Source: Chthonomonadaceae bacterium (lineage in GTDB: Bacteria; Armatimonadota; Chthonomonadetes; Chthonomonadales; Chthonomonadaceae). From it: 64,000 nucleotides of DNA. The notes under the pieces were generated by a model that saw only the letters and a list, made by a program, of their open reading frames with translations, made no database searches and was not told the DNA's origin. Positions 29,187 to 38,897 of this stretch are shown here, in pieces. Location: positions 1 through 64,000 of the forward strand of contig DASRGZ010000206.1 of NCBI GenBank assembly GCA_035650735.1, in the 5' to 3' direction. The first letter of the stretch is position 1; every line of letters starts with the position of its first letter. Both the position numbers and the translations under genes were made by a program.

Positions 29187-29847
29187 ATGGACAGCTCACG
29201 AACGGGTTAAAGAAGAGAGGACACAGGAGGAATTCGAGCGGCGCTTTAGCCAGCTGTGGCGAAAGAAGTACGCGCTCTACAATCCCGATACATCACTGGA
29301 CGCTCCAGCGTAAAGATGAGCAGGCCAAGCAACAGTGTCGGGAAATGCTGCTCCAGTACGCTCGCGAGGTTCACACGGTCGGCGTCTCGCGGGCAGACAA
29401 GAACAAGGCCCAGCGGCTCTTCGAGGAGCTTGGCATGGACCCCTCCGCGTTGGATCTGGACGAGTTCGGCCTGGTACCCGCGTCCTCAGAGGCCATCGGG
29501 CGGGCCACTGCGTCCCACCCCGCCAAGAGCCGCATTATGTACATTGAGCGCAAAGCGGGCCACAGATCACGGGCGAGGCACGGATCGGGCGCGTCACCTA
29601 CTCCAGGAGCGGCAGGACACTCTATTATGGCGGCAAGTCGTTCCGCAGCCTGAAGGGGCAGGGGTTCAAGGCGAACTACTACTGCGTCGAGACAGGCGAG
29701 GATTACTGGATTTCAAGCTGTAAGCGGGATGGCAGTGATCGCCTGTATGGGGAACGGGTTCCAATTCCCATTGACGAGGAGGTGCGGGAGGAGTACTGGA
29801 CGCAGATACGCGGTCGGCCTGAGTGGAAGGAACGGGAGGTTGCGTGA
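29187..29847 (+). pseudogene. Frameshifted hypothetical gene
   Basis: KSRIMYIERKAG continues after a frameshift near 29562 as ITGEARIGRVTYSRSGRTLYY..GFKANYY..YWIS..EEYWTQIR; 5' part contains stops. Confidence 0.65.
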
Positions 29848-30068
29848 GCGGGGGCGCGATGGAGGCCCAGAGTCAGGAGAGGTCATAGAGCGGGGCGTAG
29901 GCGCGTGTGGAAGCGGGTAGGATCTGACCAGTGATCGAAGACGACAAGGCCGCGTTAGCCGATTCGGTTGACCGCAAACCGCCGCGTGCCTCCAGAGGGC
30001 TTGGGAACAGGATAATGGAGGCGCGGCGTCTAAACTTATGCCTGAAGCCAGAATCGCAGGAGGAACAA

Positions 30069-30848
30069 ATGCTAACCCCGACTCAGATCGCCGCCTTTCA
30101 CGAGCATGGTTACGTTATTGTGCCTGGCCTCCTGTCAGCCGACGAAACGCGCATGTTGAGCGAGATCGCCAGGCAGGATGAGAGCCTCTTGAGTCGCATG
30201 ACATCCCGCAAGGACGCGCAAGGCGCTGCCACCAAGTTGTCCCTCGACAACAGCCTGGGTGACGACATCTACAGCGCCATCGTGCGCTCTGAGCGGCTGG
30301 TGCGCTCGATGGAGGCGCTCCTGGGCGGCGAAGTCTATCACTATCACCACAAAGTCTCGGCCAAACAGCCGTTTGAGGGCGGGGCCTGGGAGTGGCATCA
30401 GGATTACGGATACTGGTATAGGAACGGCTGCCTGTTCCCGTACATGGCAAGCTGCTACATCGCCATTGACCCCGCGACGCGCGAGAACGGCTGCATGCAA
30501 CTCATCGCAGGCTCTCACCTGATGGGGCGCGTGGATCATGGCAAGAGTGGCGACCAGACCGGCGCAGACATGGAGCGCGTCAACGCGGCCCTGGAGCGGC
30601 TCCCACTGATCTACGCCGAGATGGACGCGGGCGACGGCCTGTTCTTCCACTGCAACACGCTGCACCGCTCCGACCAGAACCGCAGCTCGCATCCACGATG
30701 GGGACTGATCTGCTGCTACAATGCCGCCCGCAACGATCCCTATAAACCAGGCCCGCATCCGAACTACACGCCGCTTTCTATCGTTCCCGATACGGAGATT
30801 CTCAAGGCAGGCGCTCGGCAGCTTGCGGAGATCGCGGCGCGCGTTTAG
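30069..30848 (+). CDS. PhyH-family Fe(II)/2-OG dioxygenase (ectoine/proline hydroxylase-like)
   Basis: WEWHQDYGYW, ENGC, HCNTLHRS; RBS aggagg. Confidence 0.9.
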   Translation: MLTPTQIAAFHEHGYVIVPGLLSADETRMLSEIARQDESLLSRMTSRKDAQGAATKLSLDNSLGDDIYSAIVRSERLVRSMEALLGGEVYHYHHKVSAKQPFEGGAWEWHQDYGYWYRNGCLFPYMASCYIAIDPATRENGCMQLIAGSHLMGRVDHGKSGDQTGADMERVNAALERLPLIYAEMDAGDGLFFHCNTLHRSDQNRSSHPRWGLICCYNAARNDPYKPGPHPNYTPLSIVPDTEILKAGARQLAEIAARV

Positions 30849-30869
30849 AAGATAAGGCGGAGGAAGCAA

Positions 30870-31463
30870 TCACAATATCTCGCTGGCCTTAATGATGTCC
30901 AGCGCGGTTTGCTTCATCGGCTGGCACTTGTCCCGGCTTATCTTCTGGATCTTGTGAAAAGCCTCGCTCTCGGAGAGATGCTGCCGGTCCATCAGGATAC
31001 CTTTGGCGCGCTCGACCAGCTTGCGCACCTCCAGGGCCTCTTTCAGGTCGGTGGCTTCCTGGATGGCGGTCTGGAGCGTATGGAAGCGCGCGATAGCGGT
31101 GCGCAAGGCCGGCAGCAGTTGCTCGCTGGTGATCGGTTTGACCAGATAGCCGCAGGCGCCAGCATCCAGCGCGGCATCCACGTAGGAATCGTCGCTGTAG
31201 GCCGTAAGCATGATGATCGGCACCGATTGGTTCTGTAAGATTTCGCGGGTCGCGGCGATCCCGTTGATCGACCCTGGCATGTTGATATCCATCAGGATCA
31301 GATCCGGCTTGAGGTCGTTGGCCATTTCAATCGCTTGCTGACCCTCAACCGCTTCTCCCACCACCTGGTAGCCTGCGCGTACCAACGCCTTCCGAAGCGC
31401 CATGACAGCAATGCCTTCGTCCTCGCAAATCAGGGCGCGCAAGGGCGCGGTTCCAGATGTCAT
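30870..31463 (-). CDS. Response regulator with ANTAR output domain
   Basis: Receiver CEDE, MDINMP, YLVKP; RKLVERAKGILM..SESEAF. Confidence 0.93.
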   Translation of the reverse strand: MTSGTAPLRALICEDEGIAVMALRKALVRAGYQVVGEAVEGQQAIEMANDLKPDLILMDINMPGSINGIAATREILQNQSVPIIMLTAYSDDSYVDAALDAGACGYLVKPITSEQLLPALRTAIARFHTLQTAIQEATDLKEALEVRKLVERAKGILMDRQHLSESEAFHKIQKISRDKCQPMKQTALDIIKASEIL

Positions 31464-32267
31464 AGAGTTCCTCCCGATCTTGCAATTCCTATTGGGCCAA
31501 TGCGCAGCCTCAAAGAGGACGCGCAGAACGGCTCGTATTCTGACTGCGGTCTGCCCTTCGTTTGGGCCTCCATGCTTTCCAGGGCCGTTTCCGGGCCCAT
31601 GCACAAACGCTCGTAAGGCAGTATGGGCTTCCCTCGCCAGCCAAAGCCAGGAAGCAACGAGGCAGGACTACCGTTACCTGTTATTCCTCTTATTCATGCT
31701 ATTCTTTCTGCCGGAGACATTCTCCTGCAACGCGGTGCAGCATTGGGCGCGCTTTTCAGAAGGCTTTCCTACCGGCCGCTCTCCTCGCGACCTTCCCTCG
31801 TGAAGCGGCCTTGCGCTGCTTGCCAGGCACAGCCGGGCCAGGAGAATCGGCCCTACGCACGGCGCGGGATGGCAACCTATCCACGCGGATAAAGACGCCG
31901 CGCCCGCAGACGATAGCGGACCGGCGTCTCGCCCCGAGGCGAAGCACTGCGGATCGTAAGGAATAGCGCGCAACGATAGCAAAGAGGTAGCTTGGGCCGC
32001 GGGCTCTCCAGGATGCCACCGCGACCCAGGCGCCCTCCATCCGCAAACACGACAGTCATGGCCGTGTTGCATGCCAGGTCATGCGGGTCGGCGGAATAGA
32101 TTGAGCCGGCCACGCAAATCGTGTATCATGACGCAAAGGAGACAAAAAAGGTTCCTGAAAAGCTGAGCTTGAATGCGGCCAACCAGCCTGCCCTAAGTCA
32201 GACGGCAGGGGAGGCGCCTGGGCTGTGCGCGAGCTATCCTGGCAGGCAAGGATGCTAGGAGCAGGCC

Positions 32268-32303
32268 AAAAAATCCCCGCCCCCATGAATTGGGAGCGGG
32301 GAT
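32268..32303 (-). terminator. Intrinsic terminator of the SLH gene
   Basis: atccccgctccca..tgggggcggggat followed by T-run on minus strand. Confidence 0.75.
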
Positions 32304-32334
32304 AGCATTGGATACCGAGTGCTGCGTTCGGCTT

Positions 32335-34302
32335 TTAGAAGTGGACGGCGACCTGCGTGGTGAACACCGTGCCGTTCCAGTTTCCGAGGCCGAAGCCGCC
32401 GCTGAGGTCTTTGATGCCGATGATCTGATAGGCGGCCTTCAACACAGTATTGCTGTTGAGGTTCAGGCCCACATCGAACGTCAGGTACTGCTCAATCGGC
32501 TTGGCGGGCACGCCGGAGGCCGAGCTGCTCGCCTGCAGATCCCAGAAGACGCCCTCGTAATCGGCACCCACGGCAAGCTGCTTGGTAGCCCTCCAGCGAA
32601 CGCCGGCGGTAACCCGGTTGACGTTATCGCCGATGCCCAGGCCGGTGCCGATGGGCAGCAGCACGCCGGAGATCACGTCGCCGCCGGTCCGGTTGCGCGC
32701 GCCCTCCAGGAAGTCGCCTCCGATATGGAACCGCAGGCTGGGCGTCAGATCATAGAGGACACGGACGAACGGACCCCGCACGTTGGTCGGGTTGTACCAG
32801 TTACCGATCTTATTCCAGTATCCCGGCGCGGAGTAGCGCGGGTCAATGTACTGGTAACCTACCGTCGCGTCTATGCCGCCGCTGGCATAACCAACGTTGA
32901 GCAGGTAGGCGTTGTTGTCGTCGTTCTGCAGACCATCGCCGGTGTCGATGCTGACCTGCGTAACGCTCTTGGCCGCTTCGGCGGAGACCTTGATGCGCCC
33001 GATGGGGTTGAGCTTGAGGTTGGCCCCGTAGATGACCATAGCATTATACGGGGGCACGGGCGCTAAGAACGTCGGGTTGACTATCGGCGCGGAGCCGAGG
33101 CCGCTGATGTAGATCAGCGAGAGGCCGATCTCACCAAACCGGAACAGAGGCGCACCGATGTGCAGGCCGGCGCTCTGGTTGGCCACGCGCATATCGGTGA
33201 ATCCCGTGATGCCAAGCGGCTTAGGCGAGGTCCCGGGGAAGCGCGGTCCACCCACCGAGCCGAAGAGCGGCGCGTTGAGGGTGTTGGGGAAGCCAGCCGG
33301 CGCGTTGAGCTGCGGGCTCTGGTGCTGCCCCGCCCAGAGCGTGGTCGTCGCACTGCCGAACTTGCTCTGGAATTTGATACCGTCCTGGACATAGTTGCCA
33401 TCGTCGTACCAGGGCACGTCGAAGTAGGCATCGTAATCCGGGCGGTAGAAGGTCAGCGGCGTCACCTGGTTCTTGTAGCGACCAATGGTCAACTGGGTGT
33501 TGCTGCCGACTCCGGCGATGGGAACGTCCAGCTCGCCCTGATAGAGCGTTGTCTGCTGGGTCGTGAAGTTGGTCTTGAGCGCTCCCGGGCCACCCGATAT
33601 ATCGTAGCCGCGGTAGGCCAGGTAGTTAGAGGTGACTATGTCTCCGACGAAGGCCAGGCCGCCGGGCAGCCGCGCGCGGATTCCCAGATGGAAATCGTTG
33701 ACGGCATCCACGTTGCTGAAGTGGCTGGGATTGGCCGGGCGTCCGGCGCCGCTGTAGTCACCGTAGGTGAACGGGAACCGCGAGCGGTCGGAGCGCACGC
33801 CGAAGAGGAAATCTCCGCTGAACTGGGGCATGCGATCCAGGCGGCGGTTGATGTCGGCCACATCGGCGGCCAGCTGGTCCAGTCGGGCGCGGAGGGCGCG
33901 GACATCGGTGCCCAGCGCCGTCAGCTCATTGCGGAACTCGTTGACGAGGCGACGAAGCTCGTCAAACTCTTCCCGGGTGATGTTGACCGGGCCGGGAGGT
34001 CCGGCCGGGCCGGGAGGTCCCGCCGGTCCGGGAGGTCCCGGGGGCAGGATTTGAGGCAGCTTGTTGAGCATGCGCTCCAGCGCTACGGCGAACTCGTAGC
34101 GCGTTAGCGTCCTCTTGCCATAGAAATACCCGTTCGGATAACCGATCAGGATTCCTTTCTGCGCCAGGTCGTTGACGGCTTCATAAGCCCAGTGATTGCG
34201 GTCCAGGTCCTTAAAGGCATCCTGTTGGGCTTTTGCCGGGGCCGACCAGGCCAGAGCGAGGGCAGAGAGAGACGCGCCCAGATAGGGCAGAACCTTTCTC
34301 AT
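32335..34302 (-). CDS. SLH-domain envelope protein (OmpM/SlpA-like: SLH, collagen-like linker, coiled coil, probable beta-barrel)
   Basis: Signal peptide; FKDL..HWAYEAV..GILIGYP..LTRYEFA; GPP/GPA repeats; terminal Phe. Confidence 0.88.
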   Translation of the reverse strand: MRKVLPYLGASLSALALAWSAPAKAQQDAFKDLDRNHWAYEAVNDLAQKGILIGYPNGYFYGKRTLTRYEFAVALERMLNKLPQILPPGPPGPAGPPGPAGPPGPVNITREEFDELRRLVNEFRNELTALGTDVRALRARLDQLAADVADINRRLDRMPQFSGDFLFGVRSDRSRFPFTYGDYSGAGRPANPSHFSNVDAVNDFHLGIRARLPGGLAFVGDIVTSNYLAYRGYDISGGPGALKTNFTTQQTTLYQGELDVPIAGVGSNTQLTIGRYKNQVTPLTFYRPDYDAYFDVPWYDDGNYVQDGIKFQSKFGSATTTLWAGQHQSPQLNAPAGFPNTLNAPLFGSVGGPRFPGTSPKPLGITGFTDMRVANQSAGLHIGAPLFRFGEIGLSLIYISGLGSAPIVNPTFLAPVPPYNAMVIYGANLKLNPIGRIKVSAEAAKSVTQVSIDTGDGLQNDDNNAYLLNVGYASGGIDATVGYQYIDPRYSAPGYWNKIGNWYNPTNVRGPFVRVLYDLTPSLRFHIGGDFLEGARNRTGGDVISGVLLPIGTGLGIGDNVNRVTAGVRWRATKQLAVGADYEGVFWDLQASSSASGVPAKPIEQYLTFDVGLNLNSNTVLKAAYQIIGIKDLSGGFGLGNWNGTVFTTQVAVHF

Positions 34303-34697
34303 GCGACTCCTCCATGATGCGAGTCTCGCCCGCCGTGAAAAGCGGGCTGGGGATGAGATGGAGACGCGCGGCGAGGCAGGCGTAAAAAAACGCGCTGGCC
34401 GGGCGTCTCTTGCTTCGCCCGACTCCCGCGCGGTCAGCATGGAGGGAAGGTAAGGCCAATCCGATCTCGTTCAGGGCGTGGAGGCACACGCATGGAGAAG
34501 AGTTTCCCCTGTATCCTGCTTCTCGCTGTCGCCTGCCTCGTTTGCGTGACCAAGAGCGTCAGGGCTCTGTCCATCCCTCGCACGGACTTGCGTGGGTGTC
34601 GTGGCGCGCCAGAGAGGGCAGACTGGCTGAAGAACAGGGTTGGGTATTGCATAGAGGCCCTGTCACTATTGCCCGTCTCCCAAGCTAGCCAGTAAAT

Positions 34698-34726
34698 AGA
34701 CTAGCATAACGCACGAGCTATGTCAA
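34698..34726 (-). promoter_or_regulatory. sigma70 promoter of the SLH gene implying a ~390-nt leader
   Basis: TTGACA-17 bp-TAGTCT with extended TG. Confidence 0.7.
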
Positions 34727-34794
34727 TACTTCCCCGAAAGTTATGCCCTTTTTTTGCGGATTTTACACTTTTTTTCGCTCGCCTGCTCCCTGGC

Positions 34795-34940
34795 TTAGAG
34801 CCTGAGGGTCAAGGGCTTGAGGGTCAGAAGCACGCCCAGGCCGATGAGCAACGCGCCCCAGAGGATATGAGGCGCGGGCCGTTCCCGCAGCCGTATCCCC
34901 AGTACCATTGCCAGGACAAAGCTGAGCTTATCTATGGGGG
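34795..34940 (-). pseudogene. C-terminal fragment of an EamA-family transporter
   Basis: QVAPIDKLSFVLAMVLG..LRER..GALLIGLGVLL; N-terminal part missing. Confidence 0.6.
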
Positions 34941-35058
34941 CGACCTGCTTTGGCCAGCATGGCTGCTCACCTTCCGCGTCCGGCAGCGCCAGCCAACGGG
35001 CCACTCGGTAGACGAGGAACCGAAGAAATAGGTTCCGCAATTTGCAGGACGGTCGCTG

Positions 35059-35571
35059 TCATTTTTTTGGCTCCTTCGTCTCCTGCCCGGCTTTGCCAGA
35101 CTCTGGCTTCTGCGCTGCCGCACGAAAGGCTTCCAGCGCCTGCTGGGCTGCGGTCAGCTCGGCGTGCATTGCCGCCACCTCTGCCGCCATCTGTTCGGCC
35201 TCTTCCGGGGCAGCGAAAGCGCCGAACTTGCGGGCGATAGTGGCGGGATCGAGGTCTTCGAGCGTCTCCTCCAGGCGGCGCAGCAGCAGGGCGATCCAGC
35301 GCAGTGTGGCGCTCAGGGGCTGGCGCGCCTCCGCCGCCTGAAGCGCCTCCGGGGCGTGGCGGCGGGCTATCGTCTCGGAGAGGCTTCCCAGGCGCGTCAG
35401 GGAGGGGGAAAGCTGCGCCCAGAGCTCCGGGGGCAGCGGGGTCAGCGCCTGCCCGCCCGTGCCCGGAGCGCGCCCTTGCACCGCCGCGCGCTCGATCTCT
35501 TCCAACTGCCGGGTCAGCGCGCGATGCGCCGCCAGCAGATGCAGTCCATGTCCCGTCACACGCAAGCTCAT
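35059..35571 (-). CDS. Hypothetical helical protein
   Basis: RBS aaaggag; plausible codon usage. Confidence 0.7.
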   Translation of the reverse strand: MSLRVTGHGLHLLAAHRALTRQLEEIERAAVQGRAPGTGGQALTPLPPELWAQLSPSLTRLGSLSETIARRHAPEALQAAEARQPLSATLRWIALLLRRLEETLEDLDPATIARKFGAFAAPEEAEQMAAEVAAMHAELTAAQQALEAFRAAAQKPESGKAGQETKEPKK

Positions 35572-35665
35572 TCACGCTCCTTTCCTAAGCACGCCTCCGA
35601 GGGGCCAAGACAGGCTCATCACGCTTCAAGAAGTTCGGAACAACTTCTCGGAGCCGGGAGTCCTA

Positions 35666-35699
35666 TTAAACGTTACACATACCTGTTAAATGTTACACA
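35666..35699. promoter_or_regulatory. Tandem 14-bp direct repeat, candidate regulator binding site
   Basis: ttaaacgttacaca / ttaaatgttacaca with 20-bp period between divergent genes. Confidence 0.55.
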
Positions 35700-35769
35700 C
35701 AGCGAATATAGATCCGGCTCTTCCATCGTTATAGAAGATAGATAACGATTAGGATCAGGAGGTCCCACC

Positions 35770-36411
35770 ATGTTCACAAGACGAATATTGCTACCCTTAC
35801 TGGCGGTGGCGGTGCTGGCATTAGCCTCCGCTGGAGCCAAGGCCCAGATCAATATTTTCCCGAACCCCTACGCCGGTCCTTATGGTGCCTTTGGCTATCC
35901 GGTTTTTAGCGGCAACCCGGTGATACTCGGCTATGGCGCGCCGCCCTTTGCCGTCGGCCCCGGCGGGTTGTCTCCTTATGGACCTGGATTCCAGCCGGGC
36001 AGCATGGCCGGCGCCACGAACTATCCCTATGGATACGGGCCGTATCCCGAAGAGGGCAACTTTAATCCGGCCAACGTCAATCCCAATGCCGCTGGCGTCT
36101 ATCCGGGGTACGCATACTACAATCCCGGCACGTATACTGCCGGCACCAATTACGTCCCCCAGACGTCGAATAGCATTCAGGCGCGGCTGGAGTCCAATAA
36201 CATCATCCATATCACCTGGCAGGGAGATACCAGCACCGTCTCGCAGATTAGCTTCGCGCTTCTGGATCGCAACGGTCGGGTTCTCGCACAGCGAACGATC
36301 ACCGGCCCGCCTACGGACATACGCTTCCGGCGCACCAGCAGGGCCGCGTTCTACCGGGTGATCGTGCGGTACGCCAACGGCACGACCAGCACGGTTATCT
36401 CGCCGGTGTAA
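35770..36411 (+). CDS. Secreted Gly/Pro/Tyr-rich protein with a small C-terminal beta domain
   Basis: Signal peptide ending AKA; RBS aggagg. Confidence 0.8.
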   Translation: MFTRRILLPLLAVAVLALASAGAKAQINIFPNPYAGPYGAFGYPVFSGNPVILGYGAPPFAVGPGGLSPYGPGFQPGSMAGATNYPYGYGPYPEEGNFNPANVNPNAAGVYPGYAYYNPGTYTAGTNYVPQTSNSIQARLESNNIIHITWQGDTSTVSQISFALLDRNGRVLAQRTITGPPTDIRFRRTSRAAFYRVIVRYANGTTSTVISPV

Positions 36412-36432
36412 GCCTATCCCCTTACCCGGAGT

Positions 36433-36641
36433 ACCTAACCCCCCGTCCCCCTTCCCTAAGAGGGAAGGGGGTGACCCGGCTTCTCCTCTTCCCTAGAGTT
36501 TGAGGAGAGGCAAGGGAGAAGAGGAAGAACCCGGCTTCTCTTCTCCCTTCTCCCTGCTAGGGAGAAGGGCCGGGGAGGAGGGGAGAACAAGGCTTCTCCT
36601 CTCCCCTCTCCTTGCGAAGGAGAGGGGCCGGAGGTGAGGTC
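36433..36641. repeat. Family A palindromic repeat cluster
   Basis: cctaacccccc..ccccttccctaagagggaagggg and related hairpins. Confidence 0.8.
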
Positions 36642-36837
36642 GGGAAATACACACTCTACAGGCCGCAATGAGCAATCTGACAGCCATTCGATAGTTCTGG
36701 CAGAAATTCCTGCGCTGTAGGGCCTGTTGTCGGGCCGAGCCTGGCAGTGGCGCAGAGGCTAGATAGTTGCCGCCGGATGAGCTTGCGCTTTGGCGGCAGC
36801 GGTCTTAACTGCCCGTTGTTCCGAGAGGAAGGGGCCT

Positions 36838-38121
36838 ATGTTGTTCCTTCTTACCGCCAATTGTCGGCGGATACTTCTTGGGTTTGCGCTCGTTTTGGGA
36901 AGCGCCGTAGCCATCTCCACCGTGGTAGGGCGCCAGGGCCGCGGCATTTCCATTCAAAAGCAGCCCGCCACTTACCACCTATCCGCAGCCAAGCTACCTC
37001 CGCCCTACGCTACGCCCTCCGTCCGCAACGAACCGAATATCGTCGCGCGCCCGTCCGGAGCTAGGCTCTATACGCCGCCAGGCTTTCAGATCGAGGAGTG
37101 GGCCAATGATCTGGAGCGCCCGCGCCTGATAGAGGTGGCTCCCAACGGCGATGTGTTTGTGGCGGAAAGCTACGTGAACCGCGTGACCGTGCTCCGCCCC
37201 GATCAAAGCGGCAGGCCGCGCACCCGATCCTATTTCGCGACCGACCTGCGCCAGCCCTTCGGCATCGCCTTCTATCCGCCAGGGCCTAACCCGCGTTACG
37301 TCTATATCGCCAACACCGACTCGGTGGTGCGCTTTCCTTACCGGAACGGGGATCTGAAGGCGCGCGGCCCGGCGCGTCTGCTGGTGCGTCTACCGGGCGG
37401 CGGCTACAACCAGCATTGGACGCGCACCCTCGTCTTTCGCCCGGACGGCAAGAAGATGTACGTCAGCGTCGGCTCGGAGAGCAACGTCGGCATCGAGGCG
37501 CCGCCGCGCGCCTGCGTCATGGAGTATAACCCGGACGGCACGGGCAGACGCCTCTTTGCATCGGGCCTGCGCAACGCGGTGGGCCTGGGGTTTAGCCCTA
37601 TCACGGGAGCGCTGTGGGCGGCGGTCAACGAGCGCGACGGGCTGGGAGATAATGTTCCCCCGGATTATGTGACCTCCGTGAAAGCGGGCGGCTTCTACGG
37701 CTGGCCCTACTACTATATCGGCGCGCATCATGACCCGCGCATGCCGCAGAGGCCAGACCTGCGCCGCAAAACCATCGTGCCCGACGTGCTGCTGGAAGCG
37801 CACTGCGCCGCGCTCTCGGTCACCTTCTATACCGGCGCGCAATTTCCCGCAGCCTACAAAAACGACATCTTTGTCGCCATGCACGGCTCCTGGAACCGGC
37901 GAAGCCGGGACGGCTACAAGGTGGTACGCGTGCGGATGCAGCCCGATGGCAGGGCGCAGGGCGGTTATGAGGACTTCGCCTGGGGCTGGCGGACCGCCAG
38001 AGGGCAGGTCTGGGGGCGCCCGGTCTATACGGCCATCGCGCGGGACGGCTCGCTACTTATCAGCGACGACGGCAGCAACAAGATCTGGCATGTCGCCTAT
38101 ACGCGCTCTGCAAAGCGGTAG
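36838..38121 (+). CDS. Glucose/sorbosone dehydrogenase family protein
   Basis: HWTR, YVSVGS, GLRNAVG, VNERD, FYGWPY, HGSWNR, GRPV. Confidence 0.92.
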   Translation: MLFLLTANCRRILLGFALVLGSAVAISTVVGRQGRGISIQKQPATYHLSAAKLPPPYATPSVRNEPNIVARPSGARLYTPPGFQIEEWANDLERPRLIEVAPNGDVFVAESYVNRVTVLRPDQSGRPRTRSYFATDLRQPFGIAFYPPGPNPRYVYIANTDSVVRFPYRNGDLKARGPARLLVRLPGGGYNQHWTRTLVFRPDGKKMYVSVGSESNVGIEAPPRACVMEYNPDGTGRRLFASGLRNAVGLGFSPITGALWAAVNERDGLGDNVPPDYVTSVKAGGFYGWPYYYIGAHHDPRMPQRPDLRRKTIVPDVLLEAHCAALSVTFYTGAQFPAAYKNDIFVAMHGSWNRRSRDGYKVVRVRMQPDGRAQGGYEDFAWGWRTARGQVWGRPVYTAIARDGSLLISDDGSNKIWHVAYTRSAKR

Positions 38122-38276
38122 GGCGATTTGAGGGAGGGCAAAAGCAGGCTGGCAGGAAAAGGAACAGGGCTGTCGAAGCATAAAACCGGAACACCCCGCA
38201 AGCGGCAGCCACGAACGCCTTGCGGGACACACGGCAATACACGCGAGTGGCTTATCCTCAGGAAAGGAGACCGGTC

Positions 38277-38897
38277 ATGACTGAGAAAGGCGGCATGTCA
38301 CCCCTGGTTCCGGCAATTGTCTTCAGCCTGCTCATTGGGGGCATCGGCGGTTTCTGCGTGCGCTACTACAGCGAAATGGGCAGTCCCGCCGCCGCTTCTC
38401 CTGTCTCTGCCTCCGGCGGTCCCGGCGGCATGATGGGCCGCGGCGGCCCAGGAGGCATGGGCGGAATGATGGGCGGCAGGGGAGGACAGACTTCCCCCGG
38501 AATGGCGCTGCCCCGCCTCGTCCGCAATCTCTCCACCATCGAGAAGGTGCAGAACAAGGGCTTGACGCCGCAGCAGGCCCAGACGCTCCTGCCGATCTTG
38601 AAGTCGCTCCAGTCCGCCGGCAAACTGCCGGACAAAGAGGCCCAGGCCAAGCTGGACGCGATTAACAAGGTGCTGACGGAGCCGCAGAAGCAAGCCCTCC
38701 AGGAACTTCAGCCGCGCTTTGGCGGTGGCGGACGCGGCGGCGGTATGATGGGAGGCGGAATGATGGGCGGTGGGAGAATGGGCGGCGGCATGATGGGAGG
38801 AGGCGGCCAGGACCCTGAACGCCCCTTTGCCTCCGAGCGCAATAAGCAGGCGCTCGATGACCTCATCGCGCAGTTGGGAGGTTCGTCCCGGCAATAG
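38277..38897 (+). CDS. Membrane-anchored Gly/Met-rich hypothetical protein
   Basis: TM helix, GGMMG repeats, LTPQQAQ/LTEPQ helices; RBS aaggag. Confidence 0.75.
   Translation: MTEKGGMSPLVPAIVFSLLIGGIGGFCVRYYSEMGSPAAASPVSASGGPGGMMGRGGPGGMGGMMGGRGGQTSPGMALPRLVRNLSTIEKVQNKGLTPQQAQTLLPILKSLQSAGKLPDKEAQAKLDAINKVLTEPQKQALQELQPRFGGGGRGGGMMGGGMMGGGRMGGGMMGGGGQDPERPFASERNKQALDDLIAQLGGSSRQ

Noticed and set aside
38420..38810. GGCGGCATGATG repeats as a non-coding array
   Set aside because: They encode Gly/Met low-complexity linkers in an open frame
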